A stretch of DNA of 64,000 nt. Source: Planctomycetota bacterium. Its GTDB lineage: Bacteria > Planctomycetota > PLA2 > JAEUHO01. The DNA lies in the NCBI GenBank assembly GCA_050248855.1, contig JBFWRP010000009.1, forward strand, positions 64,001 through 128,000. Direction: 5' to 3'. The notes beneath the pieces were generated by a model, which did no database searches, was not told where the DNA came from, and was given only the letters and a program-made list of their open reading frames with translations. Position numbers and translations under genes: made by a program. Positions 8,565 to 19,349 of the stretch are shown in pieces. Each line of letters begins with the position of its first letter. Position 1 is the stretch's first letter.

Positions 8565-10532
8565 TCAGCCGCGCACGACCTCGCGCTCGCACGGCGGAAG
8601 CCCGGCCAGGAGCCACGCCCCGTAGCGGCGCGTGATGGCCCGGGGGTCGAGCAGCGTGACCATCCCGCGGTCATCGCGGCGACGGACCAAGCGCCCGAAG
8701 CCCTGGCGCAGGCGCAGGGCGGCGACGGGCAGCGACACGTCGCGGAAGGCATCGCCGCCGCGCTCTTCGGCCAACCGGTGCCGGGCCTTCTGCAGCGGAT
8801 GCGTCGGCACCTCGAAGGGCAGGCGCGTGATCACGACATGGCGCAACGCGGCTCCCGGCACGTCGACGCCTTGCCAGAAGCTCGCCACGCCGAACAACAC
8901 ACCGCCCGAGGCGCGGAATGCCTCCAGGAGCTGCGGGCGCTCCATGTCGCGCCCCTGGACGTGGAGCGCCCAGCCAGCGGCCGCAATGTCGTCCTCGAGT
9001 GCGCGCGCGGTGCGCTCCAGGCTGCGGACGGAGGTGAACAGCACCAGGGCGCCGCCGTCCGTGCGGCGCAGCGCCTCGAGCACGGCGGCCGGCAGCGCGT
9101 CCTCGAACTGTCGGGGCTCGCGCACGGGATCCGGCAAGTCCGCGCGCACGACGAGGCGCACCAGCTGGCGGTAGTCGAACGGGCTGCCGATGCACACCTC
9201 GAGCGGCGACGGGACCCCGAGGCGTGTCCGCACGATCTCGAAGGAAGGCGGGTCGCCCGAAGCCAGGGTCGCGGAGGCGAGCACCACGCTGGGCACCGCC
9301 TGGAACAGCACCTCGCCCAGTACGGGAGCGACATCCACCGGCGACTGGCACAGCGTCGCGCCATCGCCCGGCCCCGCCTCGATCCAGCGCACGTGACCGT
9401 CCATCTCGCCGCGGGCCACGACGCGCAACGCCTCGCCCAGGTCGCGCAGCGAGCGTGCGCGCGAGATCACCTCCAGGCGGCGACCGATGTCGGCGACGGC
9501 CTTCGACGCTTCTTCGAGCGCCGAGGCGAGATCGAGGAAGCCCTCGGAGAGCTCCTCGTCGAGCATGTCGCCGACCTCCAGGCCCCGCAGGCCCTCGGCG
9601 CCTGCGTAGTCGGCCCAGGCGGCAAAGCGCTGCCGAGCCGCCGCGCGCAGCTGACCCACGTCGCCCTTGAGGTCGGCCAGCGCGGGATGCCCGAGGAGGC
9701 CCTTGCGGCGCGTGCCCGACCACAGGCGGCCCAGGACCTGGCGCACGCCCACGGACCCGACGCGGACCCCCAGGTGCTGGCAGGCGACATCCTCCAGGTC
9801 GTGGGCTTCGTCGATGACGAGCGCCGCCACGTCAGGCAGGAACGAGTGACCCGCACGGCGCAGCGCGAGGTCGGCCAGCAGCACGTGGTGGTTGAGCACG
9901 AGCAGCCGTGCCTGGGCGGCGCGCCGGCGGCTGGCCTGCCAAGCGCAGCGCTCGTAGTGCTCGCACGCCCGGCCCAGGCAGTTGCCCGACTCCGCGCGGA
10001 CGCGCTCCCAGACCTCCCCTCGCGGACGAAACGGCAAGGCCTGCCGGCTGCCGTCGTGCGAGCCGTCGGCCCAGGCGGCGATGGCGCGCAGCTGCTCGAG
10101 GGCCTCGTCGGCGACGAGGGCGCCCTGCTCGTCTTCCAGCGCGAGGTCCATGCGCCGACGGCAGAGGTAGTTGCCGCGGCCCTTGACCAGCGTGAAGTCG
10201 ACGGGGAAGGGCAGGGCCCGCGCGAGGAGGGGCAGGTCCTTGCGAACCAGCTGCTCCTGCAGCGCGATCGTGCTCGTGGCGACGGCGACGGTGACGCCGT
10301 GCTCGGCGGCGTAGCGGAGCAGCGGCACCAGGTAGGCGTAGGACTTGCCGACGCCCGTGCCGGCCTCCACGAGGGCGTGCCGGCCCTCCCCCAGCGCCCG
10401 TTCGACGGCAGCCGCCATCACGAGCTGCTGCGGGCGGTGCTCGTAGGCGGCCGCGCCCCCGGGGTGCAGGGCGGCCAGCGGCCCGTCGGGGCCGAGCAGG
10501 CGCTGGAGCGAGGAGGGGGGCAGGGAGGTCAT
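8565..10532 (-). CDS. ATP-dependent DNA helicase, DinG/YoaA family
   Basis: EAGTGVGKS, KGRGNYLC, Fe-S cysteines (NCLGRACEHYERC), IDEAH, SATL, LVLFTS, RQGFGRLVR. Confidence 0.93.
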   Translation of the reverse strand: MTSLPPSSLQRLLGPDGPLAALHPGGAAAYEHRPQQLVMAAAVERALGEGRHALVEAGTGVGKSYAYLVPLLRYAAEHGVTVAVATSTIALQEQLVRKDLPLLARALPFPVDFTLVKGRGNYLCRRRMDLALEDEQGALVADEALEQLRAIAAWADGSHDGSRQALPFRPRGEVWERVRAESGNCLGRACEHYERCAWQASRRRAAQARLLVLNHHVLLADLALRRAGHSFLPDVAALVIDEAHDLEDVACQHLGVRVGSVGVRQVLGRLWSGTRRKGLLGHPALADLKGDVGQLRAAARQRFAAWADYAGAEGLRGLEVGDMLDEELSEGFLDLASALEEASKAVADIGRRLEVISRARSLRDLGEALRVVARGEMDGHVRWIEAGPGDGATLCQSPVDVAPVLGEVLFQAVPSVVLASATLASGDPPSFEIVRTRLGVPSPLEVCIGSPFDYRQLVRLVVRADLPDPVREPRQFEDALPAAVLEALRRTDGGALVLFTSVRSLERTARALEDDIAAAGWALHVQGRDMERPQLLEAFRASGGVLFGVASFWQGVDVPGAALRHVVITRLPFEVPTHPLQKARHRLAEERGGDAFRDVSLPVAALRLRQGFGRLVRRRDDRGMVTLLDPRAITRRYGAWLLAGLPPCEREVVRG

Positions 10533-10600
10533 CGTCGACGAGGTGGCGCCCGGCCTGCGACCGGCTATCCTACGGATCGCCTGGGAGGAGGCACGCGCCC

Positions 10601-11215
10601 ATGATCCGTATCGCCTTGGCCGCGCTGGCCGTCACGTGCCTGGCCGGTTGCTCGAACAGCATGTCCGAACGGACGGGCCAAGCGGGCTTCACGGACCGCG
10701 CTCCGCTCGTCGAGCCCCTGGCCAGCCGCATCGACCGCGGCGGCTGGATGGTGAGCCAGCAGAGCAAGGTGTTCAAGGTCTACGAGTCGCAGATGGGGCT
10801 GCCCGAGCGGCACGTCGGCTACGTCCTGGACAACCGCTACAAGCAGGTCCGCGGCGGCCCGGCCTTTCCGATGCAGGTCGTGACCACGCTCGACCGGAAC
10901 GACCAGATCGGTCACGTCGACTCGCTGGGTCGGGCCGTGCGCTACGAGCCGCAGCGCGACGGCACGTTCCGCAACGAGCCGGTCGGGACCGGCACGCTCG
11001 CGGACGGCGTCGCGGCGATCTTCGGCACCAGCCGGCCCGTGCGGCTCGAGGCGGTCAGCGAGCGTCGCTTGGCGTTCGAGGCCCTCGACGTGAACGGCGA
11101 CGGTCTCCTCGTGCCGGAGGAGACGGCTTCGTTCGGTCACCGCATCCAGGGTGCCGACACCAACGGCGACGGTGGCGTCGACTTCGAGGAGTTCGACATC
11201 GTCGACACCTTGTAG
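10601..11215 (+). CDS. Lipoprotein with C-terminal EF-hand pair
   Basis: Lipobox LAGC. Loops DVNGDGLL and DTNGDGGVDFEEF. GGAGGAGG SD. Confidence 0.8.
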   Translation: MIRIALAALAVTCLAGCSNSMSERTGQAGFTDRAPLVEPLASRIDRGGWMVSQQSKVFKVYESQMGLPERHVGYVLDNRYKQVRGGPAFPMQVVTTLDRNDQIGHVDSLGRAVRYEPQRDGTFRNEPVGTGTLADGVAAIFGTSRPVRLEAVSERRLAFEALDVNGDGLLVPEETASFGHRIQGADTNGDGGVDFEEFDIVDTL

Positions 11216-11232
11216 CGCGCGCCCTGCGGTCG

Positions 11233-11715
11233 CTACGTGAGGAACCCCTCGCTGTCGTCCAGCGGCTCCGGCTCGTCGGGCATCACCTCGTCCGGCCCCG
11301 CGGGCGCATGCTCCTTGCGCGCGGCGTCGGCCCAGAGAAGCTCCAGGTCGTAGTGCGCACGCGTGGCCGCGTCGAAGAGGTGCAGGACGACGTCCACGTA
11401 GTCGAGGCAGATCCAGCTGCCCTCCTCCATCCCGCTGCGCGAGAGCGGCTGGATGCCGTGCTCGCGCTTGAGGCGCGTGATCACGTGGCGTGCGATCGCC
11501 TGGTTCTGGCGCCTGCTGCGCCCCGTGACCAGCAGCAGGTGGTCCATGTACTCGACGAGCGGACGCACGTCGAGCGACACCATGTCCTCGCCGCGCCGCT
11601 CGCGGCATGCCGCCACGAGGACCTCGAGCAAGGCGTCGCCGCGCAGCGCGCGCGGTTCGGCGCGCGCGGCCTGCCGCTCGGCACTGACGGGAGCACGGGG
11701 GTCCTGGGCGTTCAT
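11233..11715 (-). CDS. rsfS: Ribosome silencing factor
   Basis: LDVRPLVEYMDHLLLVTGRSRRQ, WICLDYVDVVLHLF, RAHYDLELLW. Confidence 0.92.
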   Translation of the reverse strand: MNAQDPRAPVSAERQAARAEPRALRGDALLEVLVAACRERRGEDMVSLDVRPLVEYMDHLLLVTGRSRRQNQAIARHVITRLKREHGIQPLSRSGMEEGSWICLDYVDVVLHLFDAATRAHYDLELLWADAARKEHAPAGPDEVMPDEPEPLDDSEGFLT

Positions 11716-11784
11716 GGGGGTCTCGGGCGTCTCTCGAAGGGCGGACGAGGGTAGCGGAGGGGTGCCCTGGAGGGACGTCTTGGC

Positions 11785-12666
11785 TCACCGCGGGCGGCGG
11801 AGAGCGGCCTTCAGGGCCTCGAGCGCCCGGCTCTCGCCGGTCGCGGCGGCGAAGGCCTCCACGGCGGCCGGCGCCTCCGGAGCGCCCGCCACGAGCAGCC
11901 GGACGCAGCGAAGCCCCTCGCGGAGTACCTCGTCCATGCGCAGCTGCCCCCCCGGACGGCCCAGCTCCCCATCCCAGGGCACGTCCGCCAGCTGCGCGAG
12001 GAGCGGTTGGCGCAGGGCCAGCACCTCCTCGCCGTCGGCCAGCACCTTGTCGCGCACGGTCGCGTCCCCCTCGGCGTGGGCCTGGGCGGCCACCTCGATG
12101 GCGAGGTACGGAAGCGCACGCAGGTGCAGGAGCTCGAGCGGCGCCGCGGGGAGCCGCCCCGTCTCGCGGGCGGCGGCAACGAGCCATCCGAGGGCGACGC
12201 GCTCGGGCCGTGGCCAGCGCGAGCGAAGCGCCTCGTAGACGTCGGGCGCCACGAAGCGCGTCGTCAACAGCAGCCGCGCGGCCACCTCCTGCAGCCGTGC
12301 CTTGTGCGTGCGCCGTCGCCACGTGGCCTCGAGCTCGTCGAGCAACGCCACGAGCGCGGCGTGACGCGAGGCGACGTCGGGCACTTGCAGGACCACGTCG
12401 TAGCGCGCCTCCGCGACGTACGCCGCGGCCGCATCGTCGTCAGGATCGAGCTCGAGCACCAGCTCGTAGAGGTCCGCGGCGTCGTCACGACGGCCGGCCC
12501 GGCGGGCGGCCTCGGCCTGCAGGAACAGCGCGTCGATGACGGCGACGCGCAAGCCTCCGAGGCTGCGCGCGAACCCGGCCAGCGTTCCGCCGGCGACCGG
12601 CGCGGGCTCCGGCGCCACGGCCACGGCCGCAGCCAGCAAGGCGAGGGCGAGGCCGAGTCGCTTCAT
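11785..12666 (-). CDS. TPR-like exported protein associated with ABC transporter
   Basis: ATG 12666 overlaps the upstream stop (ATGA). Signal peptide, LGGLRVAVIDALFLQA, LYELVLELDP. Confidence 0.7.
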   Translation of the reverse strand: MKRLGLALALLAAAVAVAPEPAPVAGGTLAGFARSLGGLRVAVIDALFLQAEAARRAGRRDDAADLYELVLELDPDDDAAAAYVAEARYDVVLQVPDVASRHAALVALLDELEATWRRRTHKARLQEVAARLLLTTRFVAPDVYEALRSRWPRPERVALGWLVAAARETGRLPAAPLELLHLRALPYLAIEVAAQAHAEGDATVRDKVLADGEEVLALRQPLLAQLADVPWDGELGRPGGQLRMDEVLREGLRCVRLLVAGAPEAPAAVEAFAAATGESRALEALKAALRRPR

Positions 12667-13778
12667 GCGTCGCTCCCCGTTTCGCCGCCAGGCAACGCCA
12701 CGAGCACGAAACCCACGGCGAGGTACAGCAGCGAACCACCTGCCCCTTCGAGCAGGGCGTCGGGGACGCGACCCTCGAGCAGCGCCCGGGCCGCTGCGAC
12801 GAGGCCGAGGTCGGGGGCCAGCGCCGTGACGCCCTCGAGCACGCTGCGCGCCCAGTCGGCGGTGCGCGTGTCGGCGACGAGCGCGAGGAGGGGACGCCCG
12901 ACGGCGCCGACCAGCAGCAGGCACGCCGTGAGCCCCGCGGCCGTCGGCGCCGAGGTGAAGCGCGCCGCGAACACGGCCCAGGGGACCACGCTGGCCACGG
13001 CCAGGCCCACGGCCAGCGCGAAGAGCAGCGGGACCTCGGCGGCCGGCAGCCCGGCCGGCGCGAGGAGGCGCGCGCTGCGGATGCGCAGGTGCACGTCCTC
13101 GGAGCGGGAGGCCAGCTGCACGACGTCGATGCCCGGCGGAACGTCCAGCGCGAGGACGCCCCGGACCGGAACCGTGAGCCGCGTCGCCTCGCCCGCGCCG
13201 CCGGTGCGCAGGTCGAGCTGGACGGCCCGCGGACTCGCCTCGAACGAGAGCAGCACCGGGCGCAGGTCGAGGACGAGGCGGCGTGGCAGGGCCGCTGGCG
13301 CGAACGCGATATCGGCGGGCGTGGGCTCTCCCTGGCGGAGCGCGCGCACGAGCTGCGGTGCGCGGGGTGGCGCGCCGACGTCGCGGTCGAGCCGCGGGAG
13401 CCCCGGGCCCAGCGCCAGGGCCACGGTCAGGACGCCGCCGGCGACGAGCGCCGCGAGGCCGATACGGGCGACGCCGGCCGCGGCCGCCGAGACCCGGTGC
13501 GCCATGGCCGACGGCGCCAAGGTGCCGAGCCACATGCGCCGTCCTTCGCGGCGATCCGCGGGGAGCACGGCAGCTGCCGAGGCGGCTTGGGCAGCCGCCA
13601 GCAGCGCGAAGAGCGCGAGCCCGCCCGAGAGGCCCCGCGCAGGCCCCCCCATGCCGCCGCTCGTGGCGATGGCGACGAGCGCCAGGGCCGCGATGCCCAG
13701 CGCGACCCGCGCGCCGAAGCCCGGCGCACGTCGGGCCTCCCGCAGGTGGCGGCCGACCAAGACGGCCCAGCTGGTCAC
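12663..13778 (-). CDS. Putative ABC transporter permease
   Basis: Multiple TM segments around a soluble insert. Translationally coupled to the ABC ATPase. Confidence 0.7.
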   Translation of the reverse strand: MTSWAVLVGRHLREARRAPGFGARVALGIAALALVAIATSGGMGGPARGLSGGLALFALLAAAQAASAAAVLPADRREGRRMWLGTLAPSAMAHRVSAAAAGVARIGLAALVAGGVLTVALALGPGLPRLDRDVGAPPRAPQLVRALRQGEPTPADIAFAPAALPRRLVLDLRPVLLSFEASPRAVQLDLRTGGAGEATRLTVPVRGVLALDVPPGIDVVQLASRSEDVHLRIRSARLLAPAGLPAAEVPLLFALAVGLAVASVVPWAVFAARFTSAPTAAGLTACLLLVGAVGRPLLALVADTRTADWARSVLEGVTALAPDLGLVAAARALLEGRVPDALLEGAGGSLLYLAVGFVLVALPGGETGSDA

Positions 13779-14548
13779 GATGGCGTGTCCGCAGCGCGGC
13801 GGAACAGCGGGCCGAGCGAAGCCGAGCGGTCACCGGCGAGCAACAGGGCCGGCGTGCCCTCGAGGGCCACCTGGCCCCGGGCCAAGGCCACCACGCGCTG
13901 GCAGCCCTGTTCGACGGTGACGCGCTCGTGCGTGGACACGAGCACGCCGCCGCCACGGGCGACATGGGCCGCCACCACGCGCAAGACGTCGTCGACGCCA
14001 TCGGGGTCGAGGCCCGACGTGGGCTCGTCGAGCACGAGCAGACGCGGCTCCGCGACGGCGGCCGCGGCCAGGGCCAGGCGCCGCGCCATGCCTCGCGAGT
14101 AGCCGCCCACGGCCCGGTCGTGCGCCGTGGTCTCGAGCCCGACGGCATCGAGCATCGACGCGACGCGCGCCTTGCGCTCGGCGCGGGGCCCCACGCCCTG
14201 CAGGCGCGCGAACAAGTCGACGGTCTCGCGACCCGTGAGGCGCCCGAAGCGTCGCGCCTCCTCGGGTACGAAGCCCGTCGCCGCGCGGGCGGCACGCCGC
14301 CCCGGTGCGCCCCCGAGGACGTGGACGGTGCCGGCTCGCGGACGGACCAGACCCAGCACGAGCCGGAGCGTCGTGCTCTTGCCACTGCCGTTGGGCCCTA
14401 CGAGCGCCACGCACTCGCCGGCGCGGACGTCGAGCGTGGCGCCGCAGAGGGCGTGCACGACGCGCCGACCGCGTCCGTAGTCGACGTGCGCATCGCGCAC
14501 GTCCACGAGCAGGTCGCTGCTCCCCAGGCTGCCGGGTCCCGCCGTCAT
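13775..14548 (-). CDS. ABC transporter ATP-binding protein
   Basis: GPNGSGKST, YSRGM signature, LVLDEPTSGLD, VSTH. TAGGCT 7 nt before ATG 14548. Confidence 0.92.
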   Translation of the reverse strand: MTAGPGSLGSSDLLVDVRDAHVDYGRGRRVVHALCGATLDVRAGECVALVGPNGSGKSTTLRLVLGLVRPRAGTVHVLGGAPGRRAARAATGFVPEEARRFGRLTGRETVDLFARLQGVGPRAERKARVASMLDAVGLETTAHDRAVGGYSRGMARRLALAAAAVAEPRLLVLDEPTSGLDPDGVDDVLRVVAAHVARGGGVLVSTHERVTVEQGCQRVVALARGQVALEGTPALLLAGDRSASLGPLFRRAADTPS

Positions 14549-14615
14549 CGCGCCAAGCCTACGGGCGGCGCCCCTTCGCGTGACCGGGCTTCCCCCGCGG
14601 CCGTGGCCTCCTGCG

Positions 14616-14975
14616 ATGTCCACGCCGATCGAGCCTCTTGCCCACGCCCGGCGCGAGCGCGCCGCCCGGGCGGGGGAGACCGCCCTCGCCCTCGTGCTTG
14701 CCCTGCGCCTGGGCGGCGGACTCGTGGATGCGCTGGGCGGCCCCTCGAGGCGCGACGTGGCGCGCCAGCCCGCGCCCCGCGTGCTGCGGCTGGGCACCAC
14801 CTCGCGCGACGAGCTGCAGTGGCTGCCGGGAATGGGCCCCGCACGCGCGGCCGCGGTGGTCGCGGCACGTCCCGATCCGGGCACGCCGTGGAGCTGGGAC
14901 GACGTCCTCCGGGTCCGCGGGATCGGGCCCCACACGGTCGCCCGCTGGCAGCGTCTCGCAGGGGTTGCCCCGTAG
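14616..14975 (+). CDS. ComEA-like helix-hairpin-helix DNA-binding protein
   Basis: N-terminal hydrophobic helix. ELQWLPGMGPARA and VLRVRGIGPHT HhH motifs. Confidence 0.82.
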   Translation: MSTPIEPLAHARRERAARAGETALALVLALRLGGGLVDALGGPSRRDVARQPAPRVLRLGTTSRDELQWLPGMGPARAAAVVAARPDPGTPWSWDDVLRVRGIGPHTVARWQRLAGVAP

Positions 14976-15009
14976 CCGACGTGCGGTTCGCGGCGAGTAG
15001 CATCCGCCC

Positions 15010-15906
15010 ATGTCCGACGACGCTCTCGATCCCGCTGCGTTCACCTCGTTCCTGGAGCTCGCTCTGGCCGAGGACCGGGCGCGGGAGGACGTCACCGCAG
15101 CGGCGCTGCTCGACGGGGAGGGAGCGGTCCGCACGGCCGAGGTCCTCGCGCGCGAGGAAGGCGTCATCGCCGGACTGCCCTTGCTGGAGCCCCTGTTCCG
15201 CCTGCTGGACCCGACGGCGCGCGTCGAGCTGCTGCTCGAGGACGGTGCTCGCGTTGCGGGCACGACGCTGTTGGCCCGCGTGACGGCTTCCTCGCGTGCG
15301 CTCCTCGCCGGCGAGCGCACGGCCCTCAACCTGCTCCAGCGCCTGTCCGGCATCGCGACCAAGACCGCCGCCTTCGTGGAGGCCACGATGGCGACGGGCG
15401 TGCGCATCTACGACACGCGCAAGACCACGCCGGGGCTCCGGCACCTGGAGAAGTACGCGGTGCGCTGCGGCGGAGGCGTCAACCACCGCATGGACCTCGC
15501 CGCCGCCGCGATGATCAAGGAGAACCACCTCGTGGCGGCGCATGGGCGGCGTGGCCCCGAGGCCATCGCCGCGGCCGTCCGCTCCTGCTTCGCGGCCCTG
15601 CGCGACGACCAGCTGCTCTACGTCGAGGTGGAAACGCTGGACGAGCTGGACGCCGTGCTCGACGCCTCCGCCGGGCGGCGCCAGCGCGTCGTGGTGATGC
15701 TCGACGATTTCGAGATCGGCGACATTCGTGCCGCCGTGCGCCGCGTGCGCGCGCTGGACGCCGACCGCCCCGCGCTCGAGGCCACCGGCGGCGTCAAGCT
15801 CGAGACCATCGAGGCCCTGGCCTCGACGGGCGTGTCCCGGCTCAGCTCGGGCGCGATCACCCACAGTGCCAAGGCGCTGGACATCGCGCTCAAGATCCGC
15901 GCCTGA
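15010..15906 (+). CDS. nadC: Nicotinate-nucleotide pyrophosphorylase (carboxylating)
   Basis: ERTALNLLQRLSGIAT, DTRKTTPGLR, NHRMDL, IKENH, EVE, MLDDF, GAITHS. Confidence 0.96.
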   Translation: MSDDALDPAAFTSFLELALAEDRAREDVTAAALLDGEGAVRTAEVLAREEGVIAGLPLLEPLFRLLDPTARVELLLEDGARVAGTTLLARVTASSRALLAGERTALNLLQRLSGIATKTAAFVEATMATGVRIYDTRKTTPGLRHLEKYAVRCGGGVNHRMDLAAAAMIKENHLVAAHGRRGPEAIAAAVRSCFAALRDDQLLYVEVETLDELDAVLDASAGRRQRVVVMLDDFEIGDIRAAVRRVRALDADRPALEATGGVKLETIEALASTGVSRLSSGAITHSAKALDIALKIRA

Positions 15907-15913
15907 GCCGGGA

Positions 15914-16418
15914 TCAGCTCCCCCACCACCCCAAAGCCACGTCGCGCCCGATGACCTGGGCGAGGACGGGCAGGTCTTGCCGGGCCTGGAGCACGTCGTT
16001 CTCGTCGATCTCGAGGATCGGCTTCCAGAACCGTGGGCGGAGGATGAACAGGAGCCCGTGCTGCAGGCTGCACTCGATGACCCAGCGGCGGTGCGTGGTG
16101 CGGTTGGCCATCTCGAGGCTGGTCAGCAGCCGCTCGAGATGCGGGAGCGCGCCCTTGGCCAGGCGCAGGAACACGAACGGGTACTCCGCCGTGCCGGGCC
16201 GGCCGGCGCTGGCCTGGTCCACGCGGAAGAGCGGCACGCGCTCCAGGGCGCGCACCAGCGGGTAGACGAGCGGGTCGATGCCACGATCCAGCGCCTCCTG
16301 GCGCTCGTCGAGCTGGCGGCGGAGGTCGGCGTCGCCCTGCACCTCGCCGCAAAGCCCGCACACGGAGACGTCGACGCCCGCAACGCGCGACGACTCGAAG
16401 GTGTGGCTGCCGCAGGAC

Positions 16419-16432
<14 letters not shown>
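15914..16432 (-). CDS. Zinc-ribbon hypothetical protein with possible TYW3-like segment
   Basis: CESC...CGLC followed by GIDPLVYPLVRALERVPLFRVDQASAGR. Confidence 0.65.
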
Positions 16433-17252
<820 letters not shown>

Positions 17253-17291
17253 GCCGCGAGGATGCCCCGGACTGGTCGCACGAGGAAGCGG

Positions 17292-17319
17292 TCAAGCCCC
17301 CGGAGGCCTCGTCCGATAG
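17292..17319 (+). promoter_or_regulatory. Possible sigma28(FliA)-like promoter
   Basis: TCAAG...TCCGATAG resembles TAAA-N15-GCCGATAA, with spacing one base longer. Lies about 50 nt upstream of ORF 17370. Confidence 0.3.
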
Positions 17320-17369
17320 GAAGCGAACGGGATCGTGGGGAGGGTGCACCCCCAAGAGGTCTGCACCGG

Positions 17370-17678
17370 ATGGTCTCCCTTTCCTCTCCGCATGGTGATC
17401 CCCTGGCCATCGAGGTGCCGGGCCACGTCCTGACCGCGCGGCCGCCTGCCCTGGCCGGTCACCATGCGTCCCTGCCCTTGGCCCAGGCGCCGCGGCCGCG
17501 CGACGAGCTCGCCGTGCTGCTCCATTGGCAAGAGGGGGCACCCACGGAGCTCGCGACACGCGTCGCGGCCATCGACGACGGCGGTCTCGTGCACGTGGAC
17601 GTGCTGGGCGTCAGCGGGGCTTGGCAGCCTTGGCTCGCCTGGCTCGGGCACCGGACCCTCGGTGAGGTTACCCCCTGA
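17370..17678 (+). CDS. Small hypothetical protein, possibly a degenerate PilZ-like beta-barrel
   Basis: 102-codon ORF filling an intergenic gap. Alternating beta-strand pattern then an amphipathic helix. No RxxxR motif. Confidence 0.45.
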   Translation: MVSLSSPHGDPLAIEVPGHVLTARPPALAGHHASLPLAQAPRPRDELAVLLHWQEGAPTELATRVAAIDDGGLVHVDVLGVSGAWQPWLAWLGHRTLGEVTP

Positions 17679-17686
17679 CCTGCGTA

Positions 17687-17793
17687 CGTGCGGCTCGCCA
17701 GATGCTCGGTCCCGCACCAGCATCGGCTCCTCGAGTGAACAGACCACGAGTCGTCGCCGATGCTGGCGCGCTACCGTCGCCCTGGCGACCCGG
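17687..17793 (-). repeat. Structured 107-nt interspersed element, copy 1
   Basis: 96/107 ungapped identity to 23445-23551. Long imperfect hairpin with compensatory changes. Confidence 0.9.
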
Positions 17794-17979
17794 TGCGCGT
17801 TGGTGGCGACTCGATTCCGACGGAGCGGTCACTCCGCGCCGCCGCGTAGCCCAGGGGCGTGGCCCCCACGAGATGCGGCGGCCTCCCTCGGCACGTCAGG
17901 GCCCGGCCGTACTGGCGGCTGGTAGCATCCGGCCCCGGTAGCCGGCGGGTCGGCTCCGCCAAGCCCCCCCGAGGCCTCC

Positions 17980-18720
17980 ATGACCAGCGCCGACGCGCCG
18001 CGCCACGACGGCCGCCGCCCCCACGAGCTCCGCCCGATCGAGATCACGCGCGGATTCACCGAGGCGGCGCCGGGGTCCGTCCTCTACCGGTGCGGCCGGA
18101 CCATCGTGTTCGTGACGGCCAGCATCGAGGAGCGGGTGCCGGGCTGGATGATGGGCCGTGGCAAGGGCTGGCTCACGGCCGAGTACTCGATGCTCCCGGG
18201 CTCGGGGACCACGCGCAAGCCGCGTGATCGGGGGACCGGTCGCGTCGACGGACGCACGCACGAGATCCAGCGCCTCGTCGGACGCTCGCTGCGCGCGGTC
18301 ACGGACCTGGCGGCCTTCGGCGAGCGCACCGTGTGGCTGGACTGCGACGTGCTGCAGGCCGACGGCGGCACGCGGACTGCCTGCATCAACGCGGCCTACG
18401 TGGCGCTCTGCGATGCGCTCAAGACCTACCCGTTCAAGAAGCCGCTGGCCCGCTGGCCCGTTTCCGAGGCGGTCGGGGCGATCAGCGTGGGTGTCGTGGG
18501 CGGGCAGGTCGTGACCGATCTCGACTACCACGAGGACCACCGCGCCGACGTGGACATGAACGTCGTGATGACGGCCTCGGGACGCTTCCTGGAGGTCCAG
18601 GGCACGGGGGAGGCGCGGCCCTTCGATCGCGCCGAGCTGGACGGCCTCCTCGAGCATGGACGTCTCGGCGTCGAAGGCGTCATCGAAGCTTGTCGGCAGG
18701 CCCTGGCGGCGCCGGCGTGA
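17980..18720 (+). CDS. rph: Ribonuclease PH
   Basis: RHDGRRPHELRPI, GWLTAEYSMLP, GRTHEIQRLVGRSLR, DCDVLQADGGTRTA, DMNVVM, EVQGTGE. Confidence 0.97.
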   Translation: MTSADAPRHDGRRPHELRPIEITRGFTEAAPGSVLYRCGRTIVFVTASIEERVPGWMMGRGKGWLTAEYSMLPGSGTTRKPRDRGTGRVDGRTHEIQRLVGRSLRAVTDLAAFGERTVWLDCDVLQADGGTRTACINAAYVALCDALKTYPFKKPLARWPVSEAVGAISVGVVGGQVVTDLDYHEDHRADVDMNVVMTASGRFLEVQGTGEARPFDRAELDGLLEHGRLGVEGVIEACRQALAAPA

Positions 18721-19325
18721 CACGCCGGTTGCTGGTCGCCTCGACGAATGCCCACAAGGTCGCCGAGATCCGGGCCCTCCTGGAGCCGCTGGGGTTCGAG
18801 GTCCTGACGGGCACCGGCCTGCCGGAGGTCGTGGAAGACGGCGAAACGTTCGCGGAGAACGCACGCCTGAAGGCCCGGAGCGCCGCCGCGGCGACGGGCG
18901 AGCTGGCGTTGGCCGACGACTCCGGGCTGGCCGTCGAGGCACTCCGCGGCGAGCCCGGCGTCCGCTCGGCGCGCTACGCGGGCGAGGGAGCCACCGACGC
19001 CGCGAACAACCGCCTGCTCGTGGAGCGCCTGGAGTCCTTGGGCCTCGTCGAGGCGCCCGCGACGTTCGTGTGCGCCATGTGCGTCGCTGCGCCGGACGGG
19101 ACGATCGTGGCCGAGACCCTGGGGCGCGCCGAGGGCATCGTGCGCTGGCCCGCCGCAGGCGCTGGAGGCTTTGGCTACGACCCGCTGTTCTTCCACCCGC
19201 CCAGCGGTAGACGCTTCTCGGAGCTCTCGCAGGACGCCAAGGGGGCGGTCAGCCACCGCGGACAGGCCCTGCGGGCGCTTGCACGCCTTCTCGAGGGCAC
19301 ACCGGATACCCGCCTCGACCCTTGA
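18717..19325 (+). CDS. rdgB: Non-canonical purine NTP pyrophosphatase (RdgB/HAM1)
   Basis: ASTNAHKVAE, ENARLKA, ADDSGL, PGVRSARY, GFGYDPLF, SHRGQAL. GTGA overlap with rph. Confidence 0.95.
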   Translation: MTRRLLVASTNAHKVAEIRALLEPLGFEVLTGTGLPEVVEDGETFAENARLKARSAAAATGELALADDSGLAVEALRGEPGVRSARYAGEGATDAANNRLLVERLESLGLVEAPATFVCAMCVAAPDGTIVAETLGRAEGIVRWPAAGAGGFGYDPLFFHPPSGRRFSELSQDAKGAVSHRGQALRALARLLEGTPDTRLDP

Positions 19326-19349
19326 GCAGCGTCCCTACAATCGCGCCCC

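Noticed and set aside
17687..17793. Repeat as integron attC site, CRISPR repeat or tRNA
   Set aside because: No RYYYAAC/GTTRRRY boxes, only two copies 5.8 kb apart with no spacers, and no cloverleaf or TTCGA arm.
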